Source: Phycisphaerae bacterium (GTDB lineage: Bacteria > Planctomycetota > Phycisphaerae > UBA1845 > Fen-1342). From it: a stretch of 64,000 nt of DNA. A program made the position numbers and the translations under genes. Below, piece by piece: positions 37,084 through 47,394 of this stretch. Within the stretch, counting starts at the first letter, position 1; each line of letters opens with the position of its first letter. The stretch lies in assembly GCA_050115495.1 (NCBI GenBank), contig JASFQK010000008.1, forward strand, positions 64,001-128,000, given 5' to 3'. The notes below the pieces were generated by a model, which saw nothing but the letters and a program-made list of their open reading frames with translations, had not been told where the DNA came from and made no database searches.

Positions 37084-38307
37084 ATGACTGTAAGATCCGT
37101 GCGAGGCTCCCGGAGGTGCTGCATCATGGCGCTCGTATTTCCGGCACTCGTGTTGTCGTGTCGGGCGCCCGGCGCGTCAGGACGCGGCGACGCTGGACCG
37201 CGTTCATCTTTCGACGGTGACTCCGCGGTGGTCCGGACCGAGAGGCTCTCCCCGGCGATCGACGCGATCGTCGCCGAGCAGGTCGAACCGGACGGCCCGG
37301 GTGTGGCGCTGCTGGTCGTTCACGCGGGGAAGATCCTGCACGCGCAGGGCTATGGCATGGCGGATGTGGAACATGGCATCCCGCTCACGCCCATTTCGAT
37401 GATGCGCACCGCGTCGGTGTCCAAGCAGTTCACGGCCATGGCGGTCCTTCTTCTGGCAGAGGACGGGGCGATCAGGCTCGACGATCCCGTCCGGCGGTTC
37501 TTCGATTCGCCGGTGTACGAGGGCATGACGGTACGTCACCTCTTGCAGCACACGTCCGGGCTCGCGGATTACTTCGACGTCTTCGAGAAGGACTGGGACC
37601 GCTCGAAGATCGTCACGAACGACGACCTGATCGAGTGGTACACGCGGACTGCGCCGAAACCCGCGTTTGCCTCCGGCGAACAGTGGCAGTACTCCGATGG
37701 CGGCTATTCGCTGCTGGCCTCGATCGTCGCCAAGGTGTCCGGCCGGAGCTTCCCGGCGTTCGTACGCGAACGCATTTTCGCTCCGCTGGGCATGAACCGC
37801 TCCCTGTTCTTCAACCTGGCCCAGCCGGAGCCGATGCAGAACCGGGCGTGGTGCTACGACAAGAGTGCAGATGGGCGGTTCGAGCGTGTCGATGGCAGTT
37901 ACATGAACGGAGTTGTCGGTGAGGGCGGACTCTACACCACATTGCTGGACTACTACTTGTGGGATCAGGCCCTCTACGGCGAGCGGTTGTTGCCACACGA
38001 ACGAATCGAAGAGGCTTACACGCCGGCTGTGCTGAATGACGGTACGCAGGCCATCGCCGACGACGCGATGTTCTGTAGTGATCCGGGCTACGGGTACGGC
38101 TGGATCACCGCGCAGCGCGGCGGCCGCCGCATCGTCTTCCATCCCGGCGATTGGTACGGAGCACGGGCCCTGACCATCCGGCACATTGACGAGCGCTGCA
38201 CGCTGGCCCTGCTCTCGAACAACGGGGAGATCTCGCTGGCCGACATCGCTCGGCGGGTCGACACGCTGGTTCGCGCCCACCTGGGACTCGGCGACGCCGG
38301 CGAGTAG
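37084..38307 (+). CDS. Serine hydrolase, beta-lactamase class C-like (start uncertain)
   Basis: ASVSKQFTA (SxxK), LLQHTSGL, WQYSDGGY, IFAPLGM, GEGGLY, HPG. Confidence 0.9.
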   Translation: MTVRSVRGSRRCCIMALVFPALVLSCRAPGASGRGDAGPRSSFDGDSAVVRTERLSPAIDAIVAEQVEPDGPGVALLVVHAGKILHAQGYGMADVEHGIPLTPISMMRTASVSKQFTAMAVLLLAEDGAIRLDDPVRRFFDSPVYEGMTVRHLLQHTSGLADYFDVFEKDWDRSKIVTNDDLIEWYTRTAPKPAFASGEQWQYSDGGYSLLASIVAKVSGRSFPAFVRERIFAPLGMNRSLFFNLAQPEPMQNRAWCYDKSADGRFERVDGSYMNGVVGEGGLYTTLLDYYLWDQALYGERLLPHERIEEAYTPAVLNDGTQAIADDAMFCSDPGYGYGWITAQRGGRRIVFHPGDWYGARALTIRHIDERCTLALLSNNGEISLADIARRVDTLVRAHLGLGDAGE

Positions 38308-38653
38308 CGACGAGCAGGATTCTCAGCGGATTGCGGCGTTCGGCAGCGTCGGCCGTTGCGGTAGAAGGGCGACACGTCATATCGCGAATCCTTATCCGCC
38401 GCGCTCCTCCGCGCGATAATGTCGCGTGTCGGGGCCAGCGCCCGGCGGTTCTCTCTGGATAGCAGCTTCAATGCCCTTCAACGAGACAACAGGGCGCCGG
38501 TGCTTCGTCGCCGTAACGAGGCATCACCACGCCGGACGTTATGAGTCCTGCCACACACGGTGCGCATTTTCTTTTTGACTTCGCGAAGCTCACGCCATAG
38601 CATCTGGCCTGCCTGGAATTCGTGACCCGGGCGTTTACCCATGAGAGGAGAGA

Positions 38654-39550
38654 GTGGTGTCTTATCTGTCGCGCGCGCTTGTCGCGCTCACTTTGCTTGC
38701 AGCCGTTACCTGTGCCAATGCCGACACGCTGAACGAGTGGAACCTCATCGTGCGTCACGATCTGGTCACCTCGTCCGAGGTCGACGGCAGCGCCATGATT
38801 GGCGGCAATCTGAGCGGTACGTCGAATTACGCGATTCACGGCGTTACCGCCTTCAATGGCGACGGGCTGGTCGTCGGTGGCGACATCACCGGCGGCACCG
38901 TGCAGGTCAATAATGGCGGCAACCTCCGCATCGGCGGGGCGGTGCAGTCCGGCGCCACCGTGCTGCTGAACGGCGGCGGTGCGCAGATCGACGACCTGAC
39001 CACGCCGGCGATGATCAGCGCGGCGTTCGCCCACGTGGAGGCGATCAGCGCTGTGTTCGCGAGTCTGACCGCGAACGGCACGCTCGACGGTGCCGGCAAC
39101 ATGACCGCCACGCCGACGGTCATGGACGGCCAGAGCGTCGCCGTCTACAACCTGTCGAACGATGACTTCCAGAACCTCGGCCAGCTCAACCTCGTCATGG
39201 GCTCGGCGGACACGGTGATCATCAACGTGACGTCCAGCGGCGGCGTGGTCGACTTCCGCGCTCCGCCGAACATCATCGGCGGCTTCAACCAGAACAACTC
39301 GTCGCGGATTCTGTGGAATCTGCCCGATGCGACCAGCGTGTTGGTGAACAACTCGTTCAACGGCGCGTTGCTCGCCCCCTTCGCCGACCTGGATCTTCAG
39401 GGTGGCGGCATGAACGGCACGGTCGTGGTTGATTCGATCAGCCACATGAACGCCGAAGTGCGGCAGTTCACGTACACCGGCTACGTGCCCGAGCCGGCGT
39501 CGCTGGGGTTGCTGGGTGCGGGCGGCCTGCTGGTGCTGCGCCGCCGCTAG
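38654..39550 (+). CDS. Choice-of-anchor A domain PEP-CTERM protein
   Basis: Signal peptide; SEVDGSAMIGGNL, ILWNLPDA, GALLAPFA; VPEPAS-TM-RRR. Confidence 0.88.
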   Translation: MVSYLSRALVALTLLAAVTCANADTLNEWNLIVRHDLVTSSEVDGSAMIGGNLSGTSNYAIHGVTAFNGDGLVVGGDITGGTVQVNNGGNLRIGGAVQSGATVLLNGGGAQIDDLTTPAMISAAFAHVEAISAVFASLTANGTLDGAGNMTATPTVMDGQSVAVYNLSNDDFQNLGQLNLVMGSADTVIINVTSSGGVVDFRAPPNIIGGFNQNNSSRILWNLPDATSVLVNNSFNGALLAPFADLDLQGGGMNGTVVVDSISHMNAEVRQFTYTGYVPEPASLGLLGAGGLLVLRRR

Positions 39551-39591
39551 GCCGGACGCACAGTCCGCTGCATCGGTCTGAGTAACTCGAC

Positions 39592-39629
39592 GCGGAGGCG
39601 CCCTCCGGGGCGCCTCCGCTGTCTCATTT
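39592..39629 (+). terminator. Putative intrinsic terminator hairpin
   Basis: GCGGAGGCGCCC-TCCG-GGGCGCCTCCGC followed by a weak T-tract. Confidence 0.5.
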
Positions 39630-39772
39630 GCTGCACGTGGGGGGAAGTCGAAATTACGTCGGATCAAACGCGTCGCTCGCTCGGCGGTGGTGTTGATCAC
39701 GCCGCGTTGTGCCTTGTGGAGATGGAGGAACGGAGGTAAGAAGACAGACCGCGTCGGATATGGAGTGCGGCG

Positions 39773-39934
39773 TTGCTGCTGACGATTACGACAACCCGGT
39801 CGCCGGCGACTGACCTGGGGTGGCTGCTGCACAAGCATCCGGCCAAGGTTCAGGCGTTTGGATTGCCGTTCGGGCAGGCGCACGTGTTCTATCCGGAGGC
39901 GACGGAGGAGCGGTGCACGGCGGCGCTGCTGCTC
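39773..39934 (+). pseudogene. hen1: Truncated Hen1 (3'-terminal RNA 2'-O-methyltransferase), first ~54 codons only
   Basis: MLLTITTT..PATDLGWLLHKHP..VQAFGLPFGQAHVFYPEATEERCTAALLL matches the bacterial Hen1 N-terminus; sequence is unrelated afterwards. Confidence 0.85.
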
Positions 39935-40533
39935 TGCCGAGTGCGGGATTGCGACGACGAGCAAGCACCACGTTGGCTGTCGCGGATAGTCGATCCGCGA
40001 GACGTAGTTCGGGTGCTGCTCGAGCGTGCCTCTCGTCTATGCCGCGGCTGCCACGTAGCGTTGCAGACCAACTTGTCCGAATCGTTGATCACACGCCCCC
40101 GACACCAGGATCGCGCCACGCTGCAAACGCCAGCCTGGCGGCCCGTTCCAGAAACAGGTGGATATGGCGTGGCTGCTGGCCTGCAACGTAAGTGCTTATC
40201 TGGCAGTGCTATACAGGCGGCGCGCCGGCTTAAACAACAATGTAGCCGGACAAGGTTGCCAACGCTGCTGTGGCGACAGCCTGACGTGGCCGTCGCACAC
40301 TGGTAGACTATGGTGCAGCGGCGAAACGCCCAGCCTACTCGCGCGGGGAGCGGAGGTGCTGGCGATGGTCGCATCACCAAGGAACAGGTGCGTGGCCCTC
40401 TGCGGGGGTAGAGCGCGCATACGTCCAGGGATGGCCGTTCACGCCGCCGTACGTCACGGACCATTGAATCGTGAGCGACAACTCGCTGACCGGGAAGCGA
40501 ATGCGGGGACCTTCTATCTTCAGGAGTGAAACC

Positions 40534-42702
40534 ATGTATATTCCAACACGGTCTTCGACGGGCGGCCAGTGGCTCATTCTGGCGGTGGTGGTTTCAGGCT
40601 TCGTCGTTGTTGGCTGTTCACCTGTCAAAACAGACTCCGATACTGATGGGGATGGTGTTGGGGATATCATCGACGCGTGTCTAGACACGCCGGGCTGCGC
40701 CGTGGTCGATGAAAACGGCTGCCCCATCGACAGCGACGGTGATGGAACGTATGACGGTTGCGGCGAGTTGCCCGGAACTACGATTCGAGTGGGGGATGAT
40801 CCGCTGTTGGGTCTCGCTTACGGCGCCTTTCGTCAGCACGAACGTCCCGAGGGTCTCCAGCCGACGCTTGAGGAGATTCGAGAGGACTTGGAGATTCTCA
40901 AAGCGATTCTGTCATCGCCGCCACGAATCCGAATCTACTCGGCCACCCGTGGGAGTGGGTTTGCCGCGACCGAAGCGGCGGGCCGTGGATTTCAGGTCAC
41001 GCTCGGCGCGTGGATTGGCAAGGATGCGGAGGCCAATAGAGAGGAGATTAGGGCCCTGATCAACATAGCGAACAGCTATCCGCTCGCAGCTGCGATAGTG
41101 GGTAACGAGGCGATCTGGCGCAAGGACGTCTCGCCAGACGAATTGGCCGGCATGATTCTCCAGGTGAAGGAAGCTCTACCCGAAGGCGTGCTCGTGGGCA
41201 CAGCTGAACTAAGTGAGACTTGGATGACAGAGGAGGCGAAGGTTGTTGCAGACGCGTCGGAAGTCCTGCTGGTTCACGTTCATCCGTACTGGGATAAGGA
41301 GTCGGTGGAGCAGGCAGCCGCGGCAGTGTTTGATCGCTATGACGACGTAGCCCAGGCGTACCCAAGCAAGGTCGTGATCATTGGCGAGACAGGATGGCCG
41401 AGCGCAGGCCAGATCGAGGGTAAAGCTGTTCCGTCTCCGGATTACCAAGAGGCCTTCATGGTCGATTTCGCGAAGAGGAACGCAGAGCGTCGCATCGCGA
41501 CGTTCTTCTTCTCGGCCTTTGACGAGCCGTGGAAAGGGGCAGGGGAACGCCCGCCGGATGAGGCCATCGCCAGCGCAGGATACGGTGGGAATCCGATCGA
41601 AGGAGACACGGGAGCCCATTGGGGCGTGCTTCGCTGGAACCGGACAGTGAAGTCGAATCTCGCTGACCAGTTCGCCACCGTCCCGGAGCCGCCCTGCCAC
41701 ACGCGGGAGTTCGTTGTCTTCACGCAAGGGACCCTGTCGCCAGGACACGGTATGGGCGTTGATTCTTCCTCGGGGCGCGGCGACTGGGTCGTGACATCGG
41801 AATACCTGCGCCTTGACTATCCGGCGGGGCAGTGCTGGGGAAGCGTGTTTGTGACTGTGGGTGAACCAGCGGCGGAGGTCCCGCGGCCCGACTTCGAAGA
41901 TCTGAGTGAATTCGGTTGGGTGGCCTTTGACGTGCGCGGCGAGATGGGCGGCGAGACCCTCGAGGTAGCGGTGAAGGACAACCAGGCCGCGGACGATGGG
42001 ACGGAACCAAAGGTGCGCGTGGTCGGACTGGAGACCGCGTGGCGTTCTGTGGCGATTCCCCTGGACAACTTCGACGGGGTTGATCTCACACGCGTATGCG
42101 TTCCGGTATCGTTCAACCTCGTCGGGATGAATGCGCAAACCGTGTTCGTCCAAAACGTCCGGTACGTACCTGTGGAATGCCCAGTGACGTCCGAGCTTGC
42201 AGTAACTCGAGTTGCTCGACCTGCGACAGCAGAGGGAGATGTCTTCGTGGACGGCTGCATGGGAAGGTGGTACGCGATGGGTCTAGACACGTCCGAGGGA
42301 GTCCACGATTGGGCTGAGACGGTTAATGGGGCCCTATGCCTGTCGTACCCCGGGGGCCAGCGGTGGGGTGCGATGTCCATCGTCGTTCAGGAGCAGACCG
42401 TACAGCGGCCACGGCCACACTACCAGGACTTCTCGTCGTACGGGCGGCTGGTTTTCGAAGCCCGCGGAGATGTTGGCGGTGAGTCCTTTGAAGTAGGTGC
42501 AAAGGACCGGTACGCGCCCGACACGGGGCAAGAGACCAAGGTGACCGTTGGCCCGCTGACGTCAACGTGGGAGTACTTCTCCATTCCCATCGATGAGTTC
42601 GTGGGTACGGAGTTCGGCGAGCTATATGTGCCATTTGAGGCAGTGTTTGAGGGCAGCACTGGGAGAACAGTGTTTATCAGAAACATCCGATACGGGCCGT
42701 AG
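40534..42702 (+). CDS. GH17-family beta-1,3-glucanase lipoprotein with TSP3-like repeats and two tandem C-terminal CBM-like domains
   Basis: Lipobox VVGC; DTDGDGVGD/DSDGDG; IRIYS, IVGNEA, HVHPYW, IGETGWPSAG, FSAFDEPWK, HWG; internal repeat of the C-terminal domains. Confidence 0.88.
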   Translation: MYIPTRSSTGGQWLILAVVVSGFVVVGCSPVKTDSDTDGDGVGDIIDACLDTPGCAVVDENGCPIDSDGDGTYDGCGELPGTTIRVGDDPLLGLAYGAFRQHERPEGLQPTLEEIREDLEILKAILSSPPRIRIYSATRGSGFAATEAAGRGFQVTLGAWIGKDAEANREEIRALINIANSYPLAAAIVGNEAIWRKDVSPDELAGMILQVKEALPEGVLVGTAELSETWMTEEAKVVADASEVLLVHVHPYWDKESVEQAAAAVFDRYDDVAQAYPSKVVIIGETGWPSAGQIEGKAVPSPDYQEAFMVDFAKRNAERRIATFFFSAFDEPWKGAGERPPDEAIASAGYGGNPIEGDTGAHWGVLRWNRTVKSNLADQFATVPEPPCHTREFVVFTQGTLSPGHGMGVDSSSGRGDWVVTSEYLRLDYPAGQCWGSVFVTVGEPAAEVPRPDFEDLSEFGWVAFDVRGEMGGETLEVAVKDNQAADDGTEPKVRVVGLETAWRSVAIPLDNFDGVDLTRVCVPVSFNLVGMNAQTVFVQNVRYVPVECPVTSELAVTRVARPATAEGDVFVDGCMGRWYAMGLDTSEGVHDWAETVNGALCLSYPGGQRWGAMSIVVQEQTVQRPRPHYQDFSSYGRLVFEARGDVGGESFEVGAKDRYAPDTGQETKVTVGPLTSTWEYFSIPIDEFVGTEFGELYVPFEAVFEGSTGRTVFIRNIRYGP

Positions 42703-42766
42703 TTGCCGCTTTGAAAGCTCCACGTGGGCGCGATCAAGGCGGGCACGCTTAGTCAGCGCGATCGGG

Positions 42767-44713
42767 TTAGTCAGCACTTCGTGCTACCCTGAAACCCACA
42801 TTAACATGGCTGCTCGTCATTTCCTCGTCCCGTTCCGCCCTCCACGTGCAGAAACGAAGCTCATCACCCCAAGAACCGCCCATTCGGGGCTTTCTCGCAC
42901 TCAAGCGACGGTCCTCGAGATCCCAGTCGTCCCAGTCACACCACTCTGCCACGTTGCCGCTGAGGTCGAAGAAGCCCAGAGGATTCGGGCAGAAACTTGC
43001 TACCGGGGCCGCGAACACGAAGCCGTCATCAGCGGCCATTGCGTCAACGATGTCCATCCGCTGTGCGAGGGATCGGTCCGGCAGGTTCGCAACCATCCCG
43101 GCCCAGTCTCGATCCGTTCGCCAGTTGGGTTCGTGCAGGTATTCGTAACGTCCCCACCAGAAGGAAGTCCGGGTATCAGCGAGAGCAGCGCACGTCCATT
43201 CGGCACGTGTCGGTATGCGATATCCGTCTGTCTTTCTACGTGGTGTAATCTGACTGCCTTCGATTTGGTAGTACGGTTCGAGCCCCTCGAGCGTGCTCAA
43301 CCAGTTGCAGAAGTGAACGGCGTCCACCCAACTGACATGAACGACTGGCAACGCCGGAGTCGTGTAAGCAACGGGGCCGGGTAGGCCGGCATCTCTCCAG
43401 TTTGCGCCTTCAAGCTGGTTCCACTGGTAATTGAAGTCAAGGCCCCAGGACACTCCGTTTTGCTCAGCAGTCGTCCTGTATGCAGTTGCCTCGACGAATG
43501 CCTGGAATGCGGCAACGGTTACTTCTGTACTGCTGAGGTAATACTCTTCAAGCGGCCGCGTTGCTCCGGGGGTCTCGAGTTTTGCATCGTCCAACCGGAT
43601 AACTGTCAACCCTGCCGGATTGCGGTACCAGCCGAACGCAGGCGGCTTTCCGGTACCAACGCTTTGCATGTGGGAATCCCAGCCGAATCGCCAGAGCACC
43701 CAGTGCACGAGGGTGTCGAGACCGGCGGCGTGGCCAAGCGTAGCTTTCTGGATGGCGAGAAGTCGCTCCGCTATGTCAGAACGAGTTTTCTTGTCCATGA
43801 ACCTGTCGGGTCCGGCAACCCCGAGGGCAGCGATCGCGCCATCACGAATCTGTGCCTCCGTCGATAGGGGGAGTTGCACGGTGGAATCAGCCAATCTCAA
43901 GAGCGTCGGCAGGGTATGCTGGTTGACCCACATGGGGGCGGCCCCGAGGACCCACCATCGGAGCGAAGGATCCCCGTTGTGCGCAAAAGCCTGATCGAGG
44001 ACTTCCTCAAGAGCGTCGTCTTCGCTGATCTGGAGGAGGCATATCGCGGCGTTTCCTCTCTGTGCGCAACTCAGTGAAGTGTTTGCCAGAACGCCCCGCA
44101 GCAGCTGGCGACTGGCCCGAGCAGGCAGTTGTCGTTGGTGTACGCTCAAGTACTCCTCGAGTTGCATCAGTGATGCTGCCCGGGTTACCTCTGCCGCGGC
44201 ACGCCGCGAATCCTCGGCACGCCGTGCGGCCATGCCGGTCCAGAGGCCGTAGGCCAAGGTGCAAAGCAAGAGAAAACCGTTGATGGGTCTGCTCAGAACT
44301 ATGATGACTGTGACCACACGTCCGTTGAGGTGCCGCAGGCTGACCAGCAACACGAGGATGGCAACGGAGAGACTGAACAGCCACAGAGGTATCATGCGCA
44401 ATAGAGCGATTGCGCCGATCACAATCGTCACGTACGCGGCGAACCGTACGGGATCTCTCCACGGTGGCCACCAGAGGTGCCAGTAGCCCGCGTGAACGGG
44501 CGCGGCTGGCGTTGAGGAGATCGACTGTGGGGGCTGCGAAGCGTCCTGAGGCGGCGGTGTGCTGTTGGCATGAGGGGCAGTGCCTGGGGGGGGGGCAACG
44601 GAATCTGGTGGAACGCTTGCACCAGCAGACGTCGTGCTCGATGACTTAGTAGACGTGTGCGTCCCGTCGCCCCGTTCAGTCCTGCCGCGTTTCTTTCGGC
44701 CGGAAGTAGCCAT
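42767..44713 (-). CDS. Membrane protein with C-terminal FGE-sulfatase domain
   Basis: TM helices; TEVTVAAF, LPVVHVSWVDA, YRIPTRAEW, PNPLGFFDLSGNVAEWC, GFRVAR. Confidence 0.88.
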   Translation of the reverse strand: MATSGRKKRGRTERGDGTHTSTKSSSTTSAGASVPPDSVAPPPGTAPHANSTPPPQDASQPPQSISSTPAAPVHAGYWHLWWPPWRDPVRFAAYVTIVIGAIALLRMIPLWLFSLSVAILVLLVSLRHLNGRVVTVIIVLSRPINGFLLLCTLAYGLWTGMAARRAEDSRRAAAEVTRAASLMQLEEYLSVHQRQLPARASRQLLRGVLANTSLSCAQRGNAAICLLQISEDDALEEVLDQAFAHNGDPSLRWWVLGAAPMWVNQHTLPTLLRLADSTVQLPLSTEAQIRDGAIAALGVAGPDRFMDKKTRSDIAERLLAIQKATLGHAAGLDTLVHWVLWRFGWDSHMQSVGTGKPPAFGWYRNPAGLTVIRLDDAKLETPGATRPLEEYYLSSTEVTVAAFQAFVEATAYRTTAEQNGVSWGLDFNYQWNQLEGANWRDAGLPGPVAYTTPALPVVHVSWVDAVHFCNWLSTLEGLEPYYQIEGSQITPRRKTDGYRIPTRAEWTCAALADTRTSFWWGRYEYLHEPNWRTDRDWAGMVANLPDRSLAQRMDIVDAMAADDGFVFAAPVASFCPNPLGFFDLSGNVAEWCDWDDWDLEDRRLSARKPRMGGSWGDELRFCTWRAERDEEMTSSHVNVGFRVARSAD

Positions 44714-45231
44714 GTCTCCGCATTCTCAGTTGGGCGGTTGACGGCTGGATGTGCCACACGCTCAGCCTATCGAGGGTGGCGCGGCCCTGCGGTGGCCAAC
44801 CCGTGCGCCGGATGAGGTCCCTGAGGCGTGGTTTCCGACCGGCGCACAACGATTCCGCTACGATTGACTGTCTACCGGGAGTGTAATCCGACAAGAGGTG
44901 AATGTCCACGGCGAGTGGTCGCCCGGAGAAAACAGCGCCAAGCCAGTGCAGGAGAGGCTTTCGTGCCCGGCGCCAGCTCATTGGACAATGGCTTGTTGCG
45001 TTTCTTAAACGGACGAAATCCAGCAACGGCTGGCCGCCCAGCGGGTGTTGGCGTTTGTCACCTGGATGAAGCGCTGGGTGGACCCTGGCAGACAGGTGGC
45101 GTCGTTCCGGCCGGCAGCCGGAGTGATTCGCGTAGTTGGGCGTGGGGCGCAAGACGGGTTCGGGGGTGGTCGGTCCAGGCCGTGGGTAGAGATGATCCAC
45201 TGAGCGCTTGAATCTCCGCCACGCCCCGGTG

Positions 45232-47181
45232 TCAGGTGCGGACCAGCACCGCCAATTCGTTCGATTCGAGGTCGACGTGAACAGCACGGCGGAGGGGGTT
45301 CTGGCTCCAGGTCATCGTCGTTCCCGTGCCGTTGCGGGCGAGTGTGCTGAAGTCGACCTTCCACTGGCTTCCGTCCGGCGAGATGTCGGCGTCGACCTCG
45401 ATCCAGCCGCTCCAACCGTGGTACGGGTGCGGGCGGGCCACGATGAGTATCTCGCTGTCGGCGTGGACACGCGAGCAGGCGAACACGCCGCCACGTTCGA
45501 GCGAATGGCCGAAGCCCTGGCCGTTCTCGCTGATCTCGCGGAAGTAATATCGCCCGTAACGTAGCGGCAGGTGCGCCGCGCGACGGTCGGCCAGCGCCTT
45601 GAGCATCTTGAACATCCCCCCATCCGTCGGCCATGCTCCAGCGACGCCGGGGAACTTGCCCCACAGCGCCTCGCGGACGCACTCGAAGCTGTCCAGACGC
45701 GGCGACCCGTCGCCCCAATGCGTGCCGGCGAGGTTCTGCTCCGTGCCGTAGTACAGGCAGGGGATGCCGGGCAGCGTGTACAGCAACGCGACGCAGAGAC
45801 GCACCTCCGCATCGGGCGAGTACGGGTGCCGGATGCGCTGGTGGCGGTCGTGGTTGTCGGCGAATGTCACGAAGAACGACGACGCGTCGCCGTGCGAACA
45901 AATCAGCTCGTCCTGCTTCTTCCGGCGTTCGTCGAAGACGTCGCGCAGGCGACAGACGGGCGCGCGGTGTTCGAACGCCCCCGTGCAGACGTCGCGGATC
46001 GCGTCGGCGAGCGGAAAGTCGAGCGCCGCGTCAATGCCCAGACCGCCGGCGGCGTCGCCCGCGCCGGGCCCGTTCCGTCCGACGAAGTCCGCGATCGCCG
46101 TGTTGTTGTCGGCGACCTCGCCGAAGGTGAAGAAGTTCTGCTTGCCGATCGTGCGGCCGAACTCGGTCATGGCGTTGCCGAAACGCTGAATCTGCTTGGG
46201 GTGCACATACTTCACCGTGTCGATGCGGAAGCCGTCGAAGTCGTACCGGGCGACCAGGTACTGGTAGCAGCGCAGCAGGAGCGTCAACACCGGCGAGCGG
46301 CCGAAGCTTCGCAGCGGATCGTCGTCCCCGGCCTTGTACTCGACCACGAGCTGCCGCATGTCGCCGAAGTCGCCCGGCACGAACCCCAGCCAGGGGTACT
46401 TGGACAGGTCATCGCCGGTCTTGTCGCCCCGTCGGCGAAACAGCGTGGGGTCGCGCATTTCCGTCGGGTACGCCGCTTCGTCCGGTTGCGTGGCCTGCTG
46501 GGGCGAGAGTTTGTTTCGCCAGTCGCCACGGGCCCCACCGAGGCCTTCGGTCCAGAGGATATCCGGCAGACCGCCGCCGCCTTCTGATTGGTTCAGCAGA
46601 TCCTGGTCCCGGAAGGTCGTGACCCACTCGCCGAACCGGTCATACCAGAACACGCGGCCGAGGTGGTTGAGGACGATGTCGAGGATGACGTACATGTGCA
46701 GACTGTGCGCCTGCTTCACGAGATTGGTCAGTTCCATCTCGGCCGTTGCCTGTTCGCCGTTGGAAGCCCAGCGCTCATCGATCGCCAGCAGGTTCTGGGC
46801 GGCGTAGCCGTGGTAGGTCATCAGGTTGGACGCCGCCAAGTTCCGCACGAGTGGCGTAATCCAGATGGCATTGACGCCCAACTCCTTGAGGTAGCCGAGC
46901 TGTGCCTCGATGCCCTTCAGCGTGCCGCCCTGGCGCGACGCCCAGTGCATGTCCCAGCCGATGGGCGGGTTGCATTTCTCAGAGGCCGGTTGTGCCGCGG
47001 GGTTGTTGAAGCGGTCGACGAGCAGGAAGTACATGCACGTGTCACGCCAGTCTGCGGGCGAGGGAAACGGCCGCTCCAGGCCGGCCGCTTCGAGCTCCTT
47101 GTCCGTCATACGCGCCCGCTGGCGGGCATCGGCAATCACATCATCCACGCTTTGATCAAAGACAGACTGGGGCGCGGGCAT
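45232..47181 (-). CDS. GH13 alpha-amylase family glycoside hydrolase
   Basis: YFLLVDRF, YHGY, DIVLNH, DGFRIDTVK, FGEV, FADNHD, GIPCLYYGTEQ; AGGAG RBS. Confidence 0.93.
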   Translation of the reverse strand: MPAPQSVFDQSVDDVIADARQRARMTDKELEAAGLERPFPSPADWRDTCMYFLLVDRFNNPAAQPASEKCNPPIGWDMHWASRQGGTLKGIEAQLGYLKELGVNAIWITPLVRNLAASNLMTYHGYAAQNLLAIDERWASNGEQATAEMELTNLVKQAHSLHMYVILDIVLNHLGRVFWYDRFGEWVTTFRDQDLLNQSEGGGGLPDILWTEGLGGARGDWRNKLSPQQATQPDEAAYPTEMRDPTLFRRRGDKTGDDLSKYPWLGFVPGDFGDMRQLVVEYKAGDDDPLRSFGRSPVLTLLLRCYQYLVARYDFDGFRIDTVKYVHPKQIQRFGNAMTEFGRTIGKQNFFTFGEVADNNTAIADFVGRNGPGAGDAAGGLGIDAALDFPLADAIRDVCTGAFEHRAPVCRLRDVFDERRKKQDELICSHGDASSFFVTFADNHDRHQRIRHPYSPDAEVRLCVALLYTLPGIPCLYYGTEQNLAGTHWGDGSPRLDSFECVREALWGKFPGVAGAWPTDGGMFKMLKALADRRAAHLPLRYGRYYFREISENGQGFGHSLERGGVFACSRVHADSEILIVARPHPYHGWSGWIEVDADISPDGSQWKVDFSTLARNGTGTTMTWSQNPLRRAVHVDLESNELAVLVRT

Positions 47182-47394
47182 GGTTTTCGCTCCTGAGAAG
47201 TGATGTATTGATGGGCTCCGAACGGTCACAATTGTAGCGAAGTGCCACCCATGTCTTCAACCGCCATCCAAACGGGCCATGCGACAGTCGATGTTTACGG
47301 AGCGGTGGTCGCGTGTCCCCCGTGCATCCGTCATCTGCCCGTGCACGTATAATCGGAGTGTCCCTTCGATAGCTCTGGAGACAAGGAGGAAGTT

